Below are positions 63,292 through 64,000 of a DNA stretch of 64,000 nucleotides, one piece after another; within the stretch, counting starts at the first letter, position 1, and every line of letters begins with the position of its first letter. A program made the position numbers and the translations under genes. Source of the stretch: an uncultured Nitrospiraceae bacterium (GTDB taxonomy: Bacteria; Nitrospirota; Nitrospiria; Nitrospirales; Nitrospiraceae); contig CAWJWJ010000001.1 of the NCBI GenBank assembly GCA_963846575.1, forward strand, positions 256,001-320,000. The letters are read 5' to 3'. The notes beneath the pieces were generated by a model. The model was given only the letters and a program-made list of their open reading frames with translations, made no database searches and had not been told where the DNA came from.

Positions 63292-64000
63292 TTATTCGTC
63301 CGGATGCGGTTTGGCTTCGATTTCGGCCAGCTTCCGGTACAGCGTCTTTCGGTCGATGCCTAGCACATGGGCGGCCTGATACTTGTTGCCACCGGTTTTT
63401 TCCAGGATCTTGACGATGTATTCCTTCTCCACCTCGTGGAGCGGCAGCGTACGTTCGGCCGCTTCATCCAGGATACGCCGATCCCCCCGTGCCCCCTGGA
63501 CCTGCACGGGCAAATCGTCCGCTCCGATCATTTCGGCATGGCTCAGCGTCACGGCCCGCTCGATCACGTTCTCCAACTCCCTCACGTTGCCCGGCCAGGC
63601 ATAATCGACGAGCATGGCCAGCGCCGCCTCACCGACGCCCTTGACCTGCTTATCACGCGCCTGGGCACACTTTTTCAAGAACGAATCCACGAGGATCGGA
63701 ATGTCCTCCCGACGGTCACGCAAGGCCGGAAGGTGCACTTCAATGACGTTGAGCCGATAATAAAAATCTTCCCGGAACCGCTTCTGCTTGACCTCTTCAG
63801 CCAGATTGAGATTCGTCGCGGCAATGATCCTGACATCGACAGGGATCGATTTCGTGGCACCGACCCGTCGGATCTCCCGCTCTTGTATGGCCCGCAGGAG
63901 TTTCGCCTGCAGCATCAGCGGCAGTTCACTGATTTCGTCAAGGAACAGCGTGCCTTTTTGCGCCTCCTCAAACAGGCCGCGTTTATCCATTTTGGCATCG
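63292..64000 (-). CDS. Sigma54-dependent NtrC-family activator (5' partial)
   Basis: GLFE.A..GTLFLDEI, AATN, FYYRLNV, WPGNVREL, Fis HTH LGIDRKTLYRK. Confidence 0.95.
   Translation of the reverse strand, partial: DAKMDKRGLFEEAQKGTLFLDEISELPLMLQAKLLRAIQEREIRRVGATKSIPVDVRIIAATNLNLAEEVKQKRFREDFYYRLNVIEVHLPALRDRREDIPILVDSFLKKCAQARDKQVKGVGEAALAMLVDYAWPGNVRELENVIERAVTLSHAEMIGADDLPVQVQGARGDRRILDEAAERTLPLHEVEKEYIVKILEKTGGNKYQAAHVLGIDRKTLYRKLAEIEAKPHPDE

Overview
GC-rich bacterial window with gene families typical of Nitrospira (inferred from protein families, not shown). About 70 genes, mostly on the minus strand; no rRNA, tRNA, CRISPR array or intact mobile element found. Layout: (1) 0.2-4.6 kb, USP, cytochrome c and a GNAT/acyl-CoA-synthetase fusion; (2) 4.7-9.9 kb, a compact PEP-CTERM/exosortase cassette with one visible target, a metalloprotease; (3) 10-20 kb, USP, MFS, small cytochromes, CopA/CopZ and two atypical cupredoxins; (4) 20-34 kb, a periplasmic redox/sulfur island: DsrE, SodC, tetraheme cytochrome, SorAB-like, OsmC, TsdA-like, SoxCD, its own Rieske/cytochrome b-c complex, cytochrome c'-like, and an unknown His-rich tandem-repeat protein; (5) 34-50 kb, OsmC, acetolactate synthase, USP, VIT1, an Mla/Pqi-type ABC system, ArnT-like GT, TolC, an RND remnant, a beta-barrel and TauE; (6) 50-64 kb, CHASE3-only protein, FGE-fold protein with a cupredoxin-like pair, a DosR-like two-component system, DsrE-TlpA-CcdA, and a multi-PAS kinase with an NtrC-type activator. 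Main observations: the sulfur-oxyanion/cytochrome island without soxAXYZB in the window; recurring sigma54 promoters with a shared TGnGG-N7-CCnCA upstream motif; the protease plus coupled partner in the exosortase cassette; and several internally deleted gene relics. Many single-base frameshifts may be assembly errors. All calls rest on motif recognition by eye; no database search was run.
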